51,520 bases of DNA from an uncultured Planctomycetia bacterium (GCA_964433975.1 CAYSSS010000003.1:1-51520), one strand, 5' to 3'. Counted from the stretch's first letter, positions 17,129 to 25,191 are shown. Numbers and translations are program-made. Notes: generated by a model from the sequence alone, not told the origin.

Positions 17129-18000
17129 AGAAGACGATATGGGCCATGGCCCTGGTGCTAATTACCGTGTACGCGGTTTTTGCCGTAATAGGAGCCCGAG
17201 GTGAGTACTCGGCCGAGAAACTTCTCTATGGCGCTATCAAGATGAATGAGAAGATCACCGCCAACCCTGATGTAGTCCCGCCTAAATTACTCAATGACAT
17301 AGAAAAGAAGATGAATAAGCTGCTGGAAAAGTATCCTGATACCGAAGTTGTAAAGACGGCAAATATAAAATTAGCGGAGTTTTATATAGCATACAAAAAA
17401 TACGATCAGGCGCTCGCTCAGGCCGATAAGATAATTAAAAAGTACGAGAAGAATCCGGCTATATTAAGTATGGCGTATTTTCTTAAAGGGGTCGCCTACG
17501 AGAAGCAGGATAAGTGGCCGAGTGCACTAAAAGAGTATCGCACGATACGCGACAAATATACGGATACGCAATTGGGCATGCAGATGCCCATCTATATAGC
17601 CAACTACTACTCTCGAAAGGGCAGGGAGGCCCAGGCAAAGGAAGCCTATGGTGAAGCGGCGAGATTTTATGAGAAGATCGAAAGAGAGAACAGCAAAAAG
17701 GCCCTAGGTTACATGGCGTCTCTATTTTTGATACAGACATACATAAAAGCCGATAATGTTGAGAGCGCGGGTAGGCAAGTGGAGGAGACTCTTAATAAAT
17801 ATTTTAGTCAAATGGCGATAATGCAGCTGTTACCGCTGGTAGAGAGTATAATCGTGACCAAACTTAATGAGCCGAACAAGGCGGTAGAAATTTATAAAAC
17901 CGTTCTTGCAAAATCCAAGGACGAAAAATTTAACAAAGTACTACAGAAGAGGATAGAAGAGCTATCAAAAGAGGGTTCTGTTAGTATACAAAAAAGTTAG
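17125..18000 (+). CDS. Membrane-anchored TPR-like repeat protein
   Basis: N-terminal anchor MKKTIWAMALVLITVYAVFAVIG followed by helical repeats with TPR-like A/Y/L spacing (AEFYIAYKKYDQALAQADKII, AYFLKGVAYEKQDKWPSALKEY). Confidence 0.7.
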   Translation: MKKTIWAMALVLITVYAVFAVIGARGEYSAEKLLYGAIKMNEKITANPDVVPPKLLNDIEKKMNKLLEKYPDTEVVKTANIKLAEFYIAYKKYDQALAQADKIIKKYEKNPAILSMAYFLKGVAYEKQDKWPSALKEYRTIRDKYTDTQLGMQMPIYIANYYSRKGREAQAKEAYGEAARFYEKIERENSKKALGYMASLFLIQTYIKADNVESAGRQVEETLNKYFSQMAIMQLLPLVESIIVTKLNEPNKAVEIYKTVLAKSKDEKFNKVLQKRIEELSKEGSVSIQKS

Positions 18001-18037
18001 CAAGTTTTCGCTTGATTTATAAGATGGATGTGATAGG

Positions 18038-18322
18038 ATGAATGGAAATAATAATGGCAACGGAAAGACGCGTCTAAAAAAATTGACGCTGATGGGAAGG
18101 AAGTACCGAGGTATCATAAGTGAGATATCCAATCCCATAGATTCGACGAATCGGTTCATAAACCTTGCGTTGAATACAGTTGGGGATAATTCACAAGGAA
18201 GACAGTTCCTTCTGGAATCGAAGCAGGGGATCAGGAAGACGGCGGTTTTACTTAAAAGATTGAATGATTACTCGCAGAAGATAGAGAAAGAGATACTGGA
18301 GATGGCAAAGACAAATGGATAA
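18038..18322 (+). CDS. 94-aa DHp (HisKA)-like protein lacking the phospho-acceptor histidine
   Basis: RGIISEISNPIDSTNRFINLAL resembles the NtrB-type H-box (aHEIrNPL..i..f..L) with Ser28 in the His position. The second helix (GIRKTAVLLKRLNDYSQ) resembles DHp helix 2. There is no ATPase domain. The stop overlaps the activator start by 8 nt. Confidence 0.55.
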   Translation: MNGNNNGNGKTRLKKLTLMGRKYRGIISEISNPIDSTNRFINLALNTVGDNSQGRQFLLESKQGIRKTAVLLKRLNDYSQKIEKEILEMAKTNG

Positions 18323-19694
18323 ATCTCGGGTTCTTATAGTTAGCGGTGATAAGCTTACACAGAGATCCTTATACGAGCTGATATGCCGGCATGGCTATGA
18401 GGCGGCCATTACGCATTCCGTTAATGATGTCATGGCTCATCTCGATGAGAAGCTATGCCATGTCATCCTGGCTGATATAGACGGGGCTGATGACGTAGAG
18501 GTATTGAAGCTCATCAAGGATAAGGGGTATCCTTCTGAGATAATAACGATGGCCTCTCACGCCGATTCAATCGATAATATGAGCGATCTGGGTGCCGATT
18601 GTCTCATAATGCCGGTAGAAGACAAAAAGATACTCTCCTCGATCGAAAAGGCCTTATTAAAGGTATCCCACACCGAATCAAGACAGTCATTCCTGACGAA
18701 ACTACTCCATAAAGAGAGCACATTCCATGATCTAGTTGGGCAGAGCCAGTCCTTTAAAGATATATATTCTCTAGTAGACCGCATATCGAGCTCCAAGGCA
18801 ACGGTCCTTTTGCGCGGTGAGAGCGGCACGGGTAAGAGGATGGTGGCCAGAGCGATACATAAGGCTGACAAGAAGAGACGCGATAAGCCTTTTATGGAGA
18901 TATCCTGCGGGGCTCTTCCGCGCGATATCATCGAAAGCGAGCTCTTCGGCCACACGAAGGGGTCTTTTACGGGAGCCATAAATGAGCGCAAGGGGCGTTT
19001 TGAGTTGGCCCATGGCGGAACGGTCCTACTGGACGATATAGACTCTTTCTCGCTCGACCTGCAGGTAAAGCTCTTAAGGGTGCTCCAGCATAAGGAGTTC
19101 AAAAGGGTAGGGGACCACAAGACGATCAAAGTCGATGTCCGCTTCATAGTATCTACCAACCAGGACCTGGAGAAGGCGATAGCGGAGAAGAAGTTCAGGG
19201 AGGACTTATACTACCGCCTGAACGTCATATCTATCAATATTCCGCCATTAAGAAGCCGCAAAGAAGATCTTCCTCTATTAGTGAATCACTTCATGAGCCT
19301 TTATTCAAAAGAGAACCATAAAAAGATAAAACGCGTCTCTGATGAGACTATGCAGGTGCTGATGAACCACAGCTGGCCTGGAAACGTGAGAGAGCTAGAA
19401 AATATAGTGGAACGCGCCGTTATACTTGATACGGATGGCCTGATAGAGATCGACGATTTGCCTGAGCTATTAGTAGGTAGCACAATAGTCTATGCCGATA
19501 CGAGGATAAACAAGAATACGGGCGATGCCGTATCTTTGAAGGACGCTCTTAAAGAGCCTGAGATGGTATATATATTGAAGGTGATGAAAGAGGTGGGATG
19601 GAACAAAAAGAAGGCCGCCAGAAAATTAGGCGTCAACAGGACAACGCTCTATAATAAATTAAAGAAGTATAATCTTTTAGCCGAAGCAAAATAG
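18315..19694 (+). CDS. Sigma-54-dependent transcriptional activator (NtrC family; PrsR-like) with a degenerate receiver domain
   Basis: Receiver-like N-terminus. AAA+ core with GESGTGK, ELFGH, GSFTGA (GAFTGA loop) and FREDLYYRLNV. C-terminal Fis-type HTH AARKLGVNRTTLYNKLKKY. Confidence 0.9.
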   Translation: MDKSRVLIVSGDKLTQRSLYELICRHGYEAAITHSVNDVMAHLDEKLCHVILADIDGADDVEVLKLIKDKGYPSEIITMASHADSIDNMSDLGADCLIMPVEDKKILSSIEKALLKVSHTESRQSFLTKLLHKESTFHDLVGQSQSFKDIYSLVDRISSSKATVLLRGESGTGKRMVARAIHKADKKRRDKPFMEISCGALPRDIIESELFGHTKGSFTGAINERKGRFELAHGGTVLLDDIDSFSLDLQVKLLRVLQHKEFKRVGDHKTIKVDVRFIVSTNQDLEKAIAEKKFREDLYYRLNVISINIPPLRSRKEDLPLLVNHFMSLYSKENHKKIKRVSDETMQVLMNHSWPGNVRELENIVERAVILDTDGLIEIDDLPELLVGSTIVYADTRINKNTGDAVSLKDALKEPEMVYILKVMKEVGWNKKKAARKLGVNRTTLYNKLKKYNLLAEAK

Positions 19695-19711
19695 ATAAGG
19701 CATAATAAATA

Positions 19712-20773
19712 ATGTTGTACAAAGATCTAAGCTTGGCGGGTCTTGTAAATCTCGAAGATTGGCAGAAGATACAGGATTCTTTCTCCGAAGCCCTCGAAGT
19801 AACCTTAAGGACCGTTTCCCTGGACGGCAAGCTACTCACCAAAATAAGCAGTCCTAGCAGGTACTCCAGCGAAATCATTCCAAAGATCAAAGACCAGGAT
19901 AATTTCTACGGGAACGATAAGCCTGAGGATGTCCAAAAGAAGCTCTCACAGGCCGCCCAGACCGGAGGCAGTATTAAAATGCCTTTCGGCGTGGAAATCT
20001 TTGTAATCCCGATAAAAGCGATCGGCAACAGGGATGTAGCCTATATGACGATAGGGCCGATCATCCTGAAGAGCCGTAAGGCCGATGCCGAATATGCCAA
20101 AGAGGCGCTAGAGGCAGGGATAAATATTGACGAGCTTACAGACGCCCTTATTGATATAAATGTATTTTCCTATAGTAAGGTATATTCTCTTGTAGGCCTT
20201 ATAAAAGACATATTTTCACATATGGCTCAGACAGGCTACCATAAGAAGAGGCTGGGAGAGATAGCTCCCGAGGTCGTAGAGCTCGACCCGCTATTTTCAA
20301 AGTACTATGAAGAGAAGATATTGAGCGCGATGCTTAAGACCTGCTCTTTGGCACTTAACGCGGACTCTGGCTCCGTGATGATAGTGGATAAAGCGACCGG
20401 GACTTTACATATAAGAGCCGCTTCAAAGCTCGATGATAAGATAGTCAATAGGACCAGTATAAAGATAGGGGAGGGGATAGCAGGACTTGCGGCGGCTACA
20501 GCAAAGCCTATTATACTGCCTCAAGACAAGGATAAGAACGGTCTTTCAGCTAAGATGAGAAGGGCCGATATAAGATCATCTATGATATTGCCTTTCAATA
20601 AAGGCGACAGCCATGACGTCTATGGCGTAATAAACCTCAATATCACGCGAAAGAATACCGCTTTTTCGGAAAGAGACATCTCTGTAGTAAAAGAGCTGGT
20701 CAATATGACCAGCATCGCATTAATTCCTCTGTATCAACAGCATCTCAATTCGGATTCTTCGAAAATAAAATAG
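19712..20773 (+). CDS. Sensor protein: PocR-like N-terminal domain plus C-terminal GAF domain, no output domain
   Basis: N-terminus LEDWQKIQDSFSEALEVTLRTVSLDGKLL is PocR-like but lacks the usual Cys residues. The C-terminal ~150 aa are GAF-like (ADSGSVMIVDKATGTLHIRAA..IGEGIAGLAAATAKPIIL..VINLN). Confidence 0.6.
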   Translation: MLYKDLSLAGLVNLEDWQKIQDSFSEALEVTLRTVSLDGKLLTKISSPSRYSSEIIPKIKDQDNFYGNDKPEDVQKKLSQAAQTGGSIKMPFGVEIFVIPIKAIGNRDVAYMTIGPIILKSRKADAEYAKEALEAGINIDELTDALIDINVFSYSKVYSLVGLIKDIFSHMAQTGYHKKRLGEIAPEVVELDPLFSKYYEEKILSAMLKTCSLALNADSGSVMIVDKATGTLHIRAASKLDDKIVNRTSIKIGEGIAGLAAATAKPIILPQDKDKNGLSAKMRRADIRSSMILPFNKGDSHDVYGVINLNITRKNTAFSERDISVVKELVNMTSIALIPLYQQHLNSDSSKIK

Positions 20774-20786
20774 AAAACATCGAATG

Positions 20787-21227
20787 TTAAAAAGAGATGA
20801 TGTCTCTTGATTCCATCTCCTTTCTTTCTTCGGTTGTGGGTAAGATAACATTCTTATCCTGAAGTACATCGGACTGATCTTTTTCAGCATCCATCTCAGG
20901 CGGGTTTTGTTGGGTGTCTTTTTGCTCCGCCTTTCGTTTCAGCCTCTCTTTATCGATTTGGGCGCATAACTCTTTATATGCTGTGCGCCTATCCTCGGCC
21001 TTCTTCGCGCTATCCTCTAATTCTTGTGGTGTTGGAATAGCGTTGGCTGGTATGCTGTAGCTCATGGGCACCCCTCCTTCGGTTGCGCCGGTATCCCACG
21101 CCGGGGACGATGTCGCTCGCGTGCTTATAGGGGTGCTGTCTTTAAGGACGTTTTCCATGTAGACAACCATAAATACAATGAATATTAAGACTATGATGAC
21201 CGCGATAGTAAAGTTTCTGATATTCAT
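20787..21227 (-). CDS. Membrane-anchored charged protein of unknown function (last gene of the pseudopilin operon)
   Basis: 146 aa. N-terminal TM IAVIIVLIFIVFMVVY, then a Lys/Glu-rich tail. Confidence 0.55.
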   Translation of the reverse strand: MNIRNFTIAVIIVLIFIVFMVVYMENVLKDSTPISTRATSSPAWDTGATEGGVPMSYSIPANAIPTPQELEDSAKKAEDRRTAYKELCAQIDKERLKRKAEQKDTQQNPPEMDAEKDQSDVLQDKNVILPTTEERKEMESRDIISF

Positions 21228-21245
21228 TTAAGGATCGCTCCCATT

Positions 21246-22514
21246 TTAGTACTCTTCCCACAGGACTTTTAGATAGACTATCCTGCCGTTACTGTCTCTC
21301 GATGGTGGAAAATATACCGGAGCCGCGAAAGCCAGCCTCTCATCATAATTATAGTCCTTGGTGTATCCGCTGATCCTGTCCCCTGTAGTGGCGTTAAATG
21401 TGCCTATAGGACCTCTTCTTTTCTGAGTGATGCCACCTAATATTGTCAAGGTCCCTTTGAGACCGAAAGTATAGTCCGCTACCGCGAAAGAACTATTTAA
21501 CGCTACTATATAAGCGTCGATCTCGATATTGAATGGAGCAGAGGAGTCGACATAGACATTATTCTGAGATACAAGCGCAAGCATGTCGGTGCTCGCGGGG
21601 TTTGTTTCTGGGTCATTGGCATACAATATGTTATTGACAACATAGATATTGTTGTTGGTCCCGACAGTTAGCTGACCGTTGAGTACGCCGGATATGTCCA
21701 CGTAGCCGTCATTAACAAAAAGAGCGTTATTCGTAGGCAATGGGACATTATAATTGACCCAGCTGTTATTGAAATTTGTAACGTTTATAGTCCCATCGGA
21801 GAGCAGCGTTACTATTGAATTTCCGGTTAAATACAACCCACCGGTTTGCTGTGCCGCGGTTTTTAAGGGAGTTATCAGGTCCATTGATGTCGGCAAAGAT
21901 ATGGAGGGAGCGCCAAGAGTAAGAGAACCCATGAAATCTGGATCGTCTTCCGGGGGGCCTCCGTGATAATAATTGATTTCAGGGTCGGTGCTGGATACAG
22001 GGCCGTTGAATGTAGGGTCTCCCGAAATATTTAGCTGGTCGTTGCTATGGAACGGACCGTTCAGAACGTCCCCGGTTATGAACCATATCGGCCTTAGGCC
22101 CCACCAGTAAAGCAGATCCTCGTTGTTGCTTAAATACCCGAACCTGGCGCACGATATCTGCCTGAGAGTCAAAGAGACGCTTTTGCTCATGCCTTTATAT
22201 ATGCCAGTGGAATATAACCTATATATAGGGAAGATGCCGCCCTGTATTTGCGATGCTGTAACCGAATATGTCCCGGATAAACCGCTTGCGAGCGTAAATG
22301 TTCCGGATGTAGAGCCGGTATTTCCTTCACGCAGGTCCATAAATTTTTTGGCGAGCCCCGCTTCAGCGATTTGGTGCGCTCTTATAGCGTTACAGGTCGA
22401 ATATGCCGCGGAGAGGTCATTTGAGCTGATAAGAAAGATAGCGCCTATGATGAATATGATAAGCGACGTTACGAGCATTGTGAAGAGCAGCGCGAAGCCT
22501 TTTTGTCTTTTCAT
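21246..22514 (-). CDS. Large PilX-like minor pseudopilin
   Basis: 422 aa. N-terminus MKRQKGFALLFTMLVTSLIIFIIGAIF is a PilX-N-type hydrophobic segment without Glu5. Sits in an operon with two classical prepilins. Confidence 0.65.
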   Translation of the reverse strand: MKRQKGFALLFTMLVTSLIIFIIGAIFLISSNDLSAAYSTCNAIRAHQIAEAGLAKKFMDLREGNTGSTSGTFTLASGLSGTYSVTASQIQGGIFPIYRLYSTGIYKGMSKSVSLTLRQISCARFGYLSNNEDLLYWWGLRPIWFITGDVLNGPFHSNDQLNISGDPTFNGPVSSTDPEINYYHGGPPEDDPDFMGSLTLGAPSISLPTSMDLITPLKTAAQQTGGLYLTGNSIVTLLSDGTINVTNFNNSWVNYNVPLPTNNALFVNDGYVDISGVLNGQLTVGTNNNIYVVNNILYANDPETNPASTDMLALVSQNNVYVDSSAPFNIEIDAYIVALNSSFAVADYTFGLKGTLTILGGITQKRRGPIGTFNATTGDRISGYTKDYNYDERLAFAAPVYFPPSRDSNGRIVYLKVLWEEY

Positions 22515-22521
22515 AATTAAT

Positions 22522-23058
22522 CTATTTTGGCGTATTTCTTAAATTGACATATGTTGACAGTGACCCAGAAACAGTGCCGCCGCCTATTTGTCTGGAAACA
22601 GAAATGTAGATTCCCACGGTCTCGTTATCGACATACTCAACCGGCTTCCAAAAACGCAGCGTGATGCTTGCGTCAGTGGGGGCGGTATATAGAGTTCTTT
22701 GCGATGGAAATAGTATGGGGCTTGCATAGACCACGGATTTACCGTTTAGAAAGTATCTTCTTGACTGGTTATCCGTACCGGTAAAGTCTATCTCGCTTCC
22801 CGTGGGGTTGACAACCGGAATGGTGAAAGATACAGCGCGGCGCAGCCCGGACATATCCGAACCTTCCTGTCTGCCGCGTATAATTTTTTGAAGAAGAACA
22901 TTCACATCTCTTTGCAGGTTTGCCGCTTCAAGGGTGGTGGTAAATATTGTCCTTGAGGTTATGAAGGTGCCATAGACAGATCCAAGTAATAGCACGGCCA
23001 CAACGCTCGCAACCAGAATCTCCGTTAACGTAAATCCGCTGTCTTTTGGTCTCATCAA
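22522..23058 (-). CDS. Prepilin-type N-terminal cleavage/methylation domain protein (minor pseudopilin, PilW-like)
   Basis: KDSG/FTLTEILVASVVAVLLLG is a canonical G/FTLxE prepilin signal. Confidence 0.8.
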   Translation of the reverse strand: MMRPKDSGFTLTEILVASVVAVLLLGSVYGTFITSRTIFTTTLEAANLQRDVNVLLQKIIRGRQEGSDMSGLRRAVSFTIPVVNPTGSEIDFTGTDNQSRRYFLNGKSVVYASPILFPSQRTLYTAPTDASITLRFWKPVEYVDNETVGIYISVSRQIGGGTVSGSLSTYVNLRNTPK

Positions 23059-23063
23059 ATATC

Positions 23064-23489
23064 CTAATTAGCCTGTGGATCGTTGGCGATATAGGTCCCG
23101 AGATACTCCCTGAACGTCTTGGTCTTTCCAAACAATAATTCGTTCCACCTGAGCTCAACAACCACTTTCTTATAGTACTGGGAAGGACTGGTGACGGTTA
23201 CCACCTGCGTCCCAGTAAAGTCATCTGTATAATTGTCGGGAGTGCCCCTCGAGTCGATGCTGACTGTTGATGTAGCGCTAATAATACTGGCGAAGGGTTT
23301 CCTGCGTAGATCTTCTATGGCTCTTTGCATAACATGGATAGACTGGACCTTGTGCCTTGCCAGGGAAGAGCCGATCTTGCTCATTACCATGACTTCGACA
23401 GTCGCCAGCCATACAAGCGTCAGAAGCGCAACGCTTAAGACAACTTCAGTCAGAGTTAATCCCGACCTATAACTACGTTTTGAACTCAT
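23064..23489 (-). CDS. Prepilin-type N-terminal cleavage/methylation domain protein (minor pseudopilin, PilV/GspH-like)
   Basis: YRSG/LTLTEVVLSVALLTLVWL prepilin signal. 141 aa. Confidence 0.8.
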   Translation of the reverse strand: MSSKRSYRSGLTLTEVVLSVALLTLVWLATVEVMVMSKIGSSLARHKVQSIHVMQRAIEDLRRKPFASIISATSTVSIDSRGTPDNYTDDFTGTQVVTVTSPSQYYKKVVVELRWNELLFGKTKTFREYLGTYIANDPQAN

Positions 23490-23541
23490 AATAAAAGTAT
23501 ATAGAGCTTGGTAGGGAAAGGCAAGATAAATTTTATATTAA

Positions 23542-23570
23542 TTGACTATATGTGAAGCGCGTGATATACT
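23542..23570 (+). promoter_or_regulatory. Sigma-70-type promoter for the DUF134 gene
   Basis: TTGACT (23542-23547), 17-nt spacer, TATACT (23565-23570). A second TATAAT lies at 23601-23606. Confidence 0.5.
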
Positions 23571-23588
23571 TTTGAGTAAATACTCAAA
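23571..23588. promoter_or_regulatory. Perfect palindrome TTTGAGTA-AA-TACTCAAA (candidate operator)
   Basis: 8+2+8 perfect inverted repeat immediately downstream of the -10 box. Confidence 0.45.
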
Positions 23589-23628
23589 ACATAACCTGTG
23601 TATAATTTTTCTAAAATAGGTATTTTAA

Positions 23629-23925
23629 ATGATAGGCAGACCGATAAAGTCCAGAATCGTGCTAAAGAACCCTGACACAAAGCAGTTCAGTCCCAGGGGC
23701 CATAGGGGCAGGCCCGGGTATAATGAGCTGAAGGTAGAGGAGTTTGAAGCGGTAAGGCTGATAGATCATATAGGCCTGAAACAGGCCGAGGCGGCCCAAT
23801 CTATGGGCATAAGCCAGCAGACATTCTCAAGGGTCTTGAGGAATGCCAGGAAGAGCCTGGCAGAAGCCCTGGTACTGGGGCATATAATCAAGGTAAGCGG
23901 GGGAGTCTTCAGAATTGAAAAATAG
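23629..23925 (+). CDS. DUF134 (UPF0251) family putative DNA-binding protein
   Basis: MIGRPIKSRIV...FSPRG...LKVEEFEAVRLIDHIGLKQAEAAQSMGISQQTFSRVLRNARKSLAEAL is a family-typical pattern. Confidence 0.85.
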   Translation: MIGRPIKSRIVLKNPDTKQFSPRGHRGRPGYNELKVEEFEAVRLIDHIGLKQAEAAQSMGISQQTFSRVLRNARKSLAEALVLGHIIKVSGGVFRIEK

Positions 23926-24070
23926 TCTCAAAGTAGCGGTTCTTATAGCGCTACTAATACTTACCGCCATATCAATGTCCGGATGCGTTTCAATCCCAAT
24001 CCCGAGTTCATTACCACTGCCTAACAACATCCCTATCCTAAGCATGTTCATCTGATGTCCTAAGTTAACA

Positions 24071-24099
24071 TTGACATATTGCATCTCGTGAGGTATATT
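24071..24099 (+). promoter_or_regulatory. Sigma-70-type promoter placed for a leaderless or near-leaderless transcript of the LAGLIDADG gene
   Basis: TTGACA (24071-24076), 17-nt spacer, TATATT (24094-24099). ATG 24106 lies 6 nt after the -10 box and no SD is visible. Confidence 0.45.
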
Positions 24100-24105
24100 T
24101 CAGAT

Positions 24106-24978
24106 ATGACAAGAGATTTAAGATTAAGGTTGAACAGGGATGAATTACACAGGTTATATCTAGTAGAGAAGAGGTCTCTCGAGGATATAGCTCGATTATA
24201 CGGGACATCCAGGGTTGCTGTCTGGAAATATTGTAAATCTGAGCGCATTACAAGACGCGACAGATCTGACGCGAGATTAGAGGCGCAGAAAAGGGGAAAA
24301 GTTTCTCAGGGTTATTTTGATATTAATGAGAACTTTTTTAGTTCATGGTCCTCGGAAATGGCTTATATTTTAGGTTTAATCGCTACGGACGGCTGTGTTT
24401 CTAAGTCTGGTTCCGTGTCGCTTTGTATCAATGATAAGGATCTGTTGGAAAAGGTTAAAAATGTTATGGGTTCAGCCCATACAATAAAATATTATGGTCA
24501 TCAGAAGGGACTATATAGTTTTAATTTTTCAAGACAAAAGTTATGCGCCGATTTAAAGCAACTCGGAATCCTTCCTAATAAAAGTCTTAATATACGATTT
24601 CCCGATGTTCCGGATGCCTTTTTGGTTGACTTTGTCAGAGGAGTTTTTGATGGAGACGGATCGGTATTCTTTGAAAAAAGGAGTCCAAAATTTCCGCTAA
24701 GGGCAAGCTTTATTAGTAGTTCTAAGGAGTTTATTGTTACGTTAGAATCTAAGCTTAGGGCATTGGGGATGCCTCAGAAAAACATTTGGCAACAACCAAC
24801 TAAAAACAGTATTTCATTTATCTTAAGGTATGCCCATAAAGATAGTGCTAAATTATTCAAAATTCTTTATCAAAATCTAACAAAAAATAGCATATTTTTA
24901 ATTCGAAAATATGAGCGTTTTTTACAGGGCATTCAACAATCTGAGGGAAGTCAACCAAAAACAGGAGGGGCTATTTAA
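24106..24978 (+). CDS. Free-standing double-motif LAGLIDADG homing-endonuclease-like protein with an N-terminal HTH
   Basis: Two LAGLIDADG motifs (AYILGLIATDGCV and FVRGVFDGDGSVF). N-terminal HTH-like segment RSLEDIARLYGTSRVAVWKY. The TTG 24079 start would lie inside the promoter. Confidence 0.8.
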   Translation: MTRDLRLRLNRDELHRLYLVEKRSLEDIARLYGTSRVAVWKYCKSERITRRDRSDARLEAQKRGKVSQGYFDINENFFSSWSSEMAYILGLIATDGCVSKSGSVSLCINDKDLLEKVKNVMGSAHTIKYYGHQKGLYSFNFSRQKLCADLKQLGILPNKSLNIRFPDVPDAFLVDFVRGVFDGDGSVFFEKRSPKFPLRASFISSSKEFIVTLESKLRALGMPQKNIWQQPTKNSISFILRYAHKDSAKLFKILYQNLTKNSIFLIRKYERFLQGIQQSEGSQPKTGGAI

Positions 24979-25191
24979 ATGGAAAAACAGCCGAATCAAG
25001 CTGAGGTAGTGCTTGAGGAATTAATAGACTTTTGGCGGTATCATAAAGGATTTGATGCAAATATCTCCGGTTTCGCAAAATATGTCGGTGTTTCCAGAGA
25101 TACGGTCTATCGCTGGTTAAATCGTAAAGCCCATCCTAAAGAGAAGAAAATCATACTAATCAAAGAATGGCTAGCTGATAAAGCAAGATAA
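24979..25191 (+). CDS. Small HTH protein (excisionase/MerR-like HTH_17 type)
   Basis: 70 aa. ISGFAKYVGVSRDTVYRWLNRKAHP. The ATG immediately follows the upstream TAA. Confidence 0.6.
   Translation: MEKQPNQAEVVLEELIDFWRYHKGFDANISGFAKYVGVSRDTVYRWLNRKAHPKEKKIILIKEWLADKAR

Noticed and set aside
17998-18013. Sigma-54-like element TAGCAAGTTTTCGCTT upstream of the DHp-like gene
   Set aside because: It has AG instead of GG at -24, and the GC dinucleotide is one position out of register.
2442-19159. Long antisense or out-of-frame ORFs inside well-supported genes (for example 2442-2897, 7053-7646, 10031-10459 and 18557-19159, all on the - strand, and 9920-10174 on the + strand)
   Set aside because: Each lies wholly within a CDS that has clear family motifs on the other strand or in another frame. 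None has recognisable motifs or a ribosome-binding site.
23827-24084. 85-aa - strand ORF between the DUF134 and LAGLIDADG genes
   Set aside because: It overlaps the 3' end of the DUF134 CDS and the LAGLIDADG promoter. It has no RBS and no recognisable motif.
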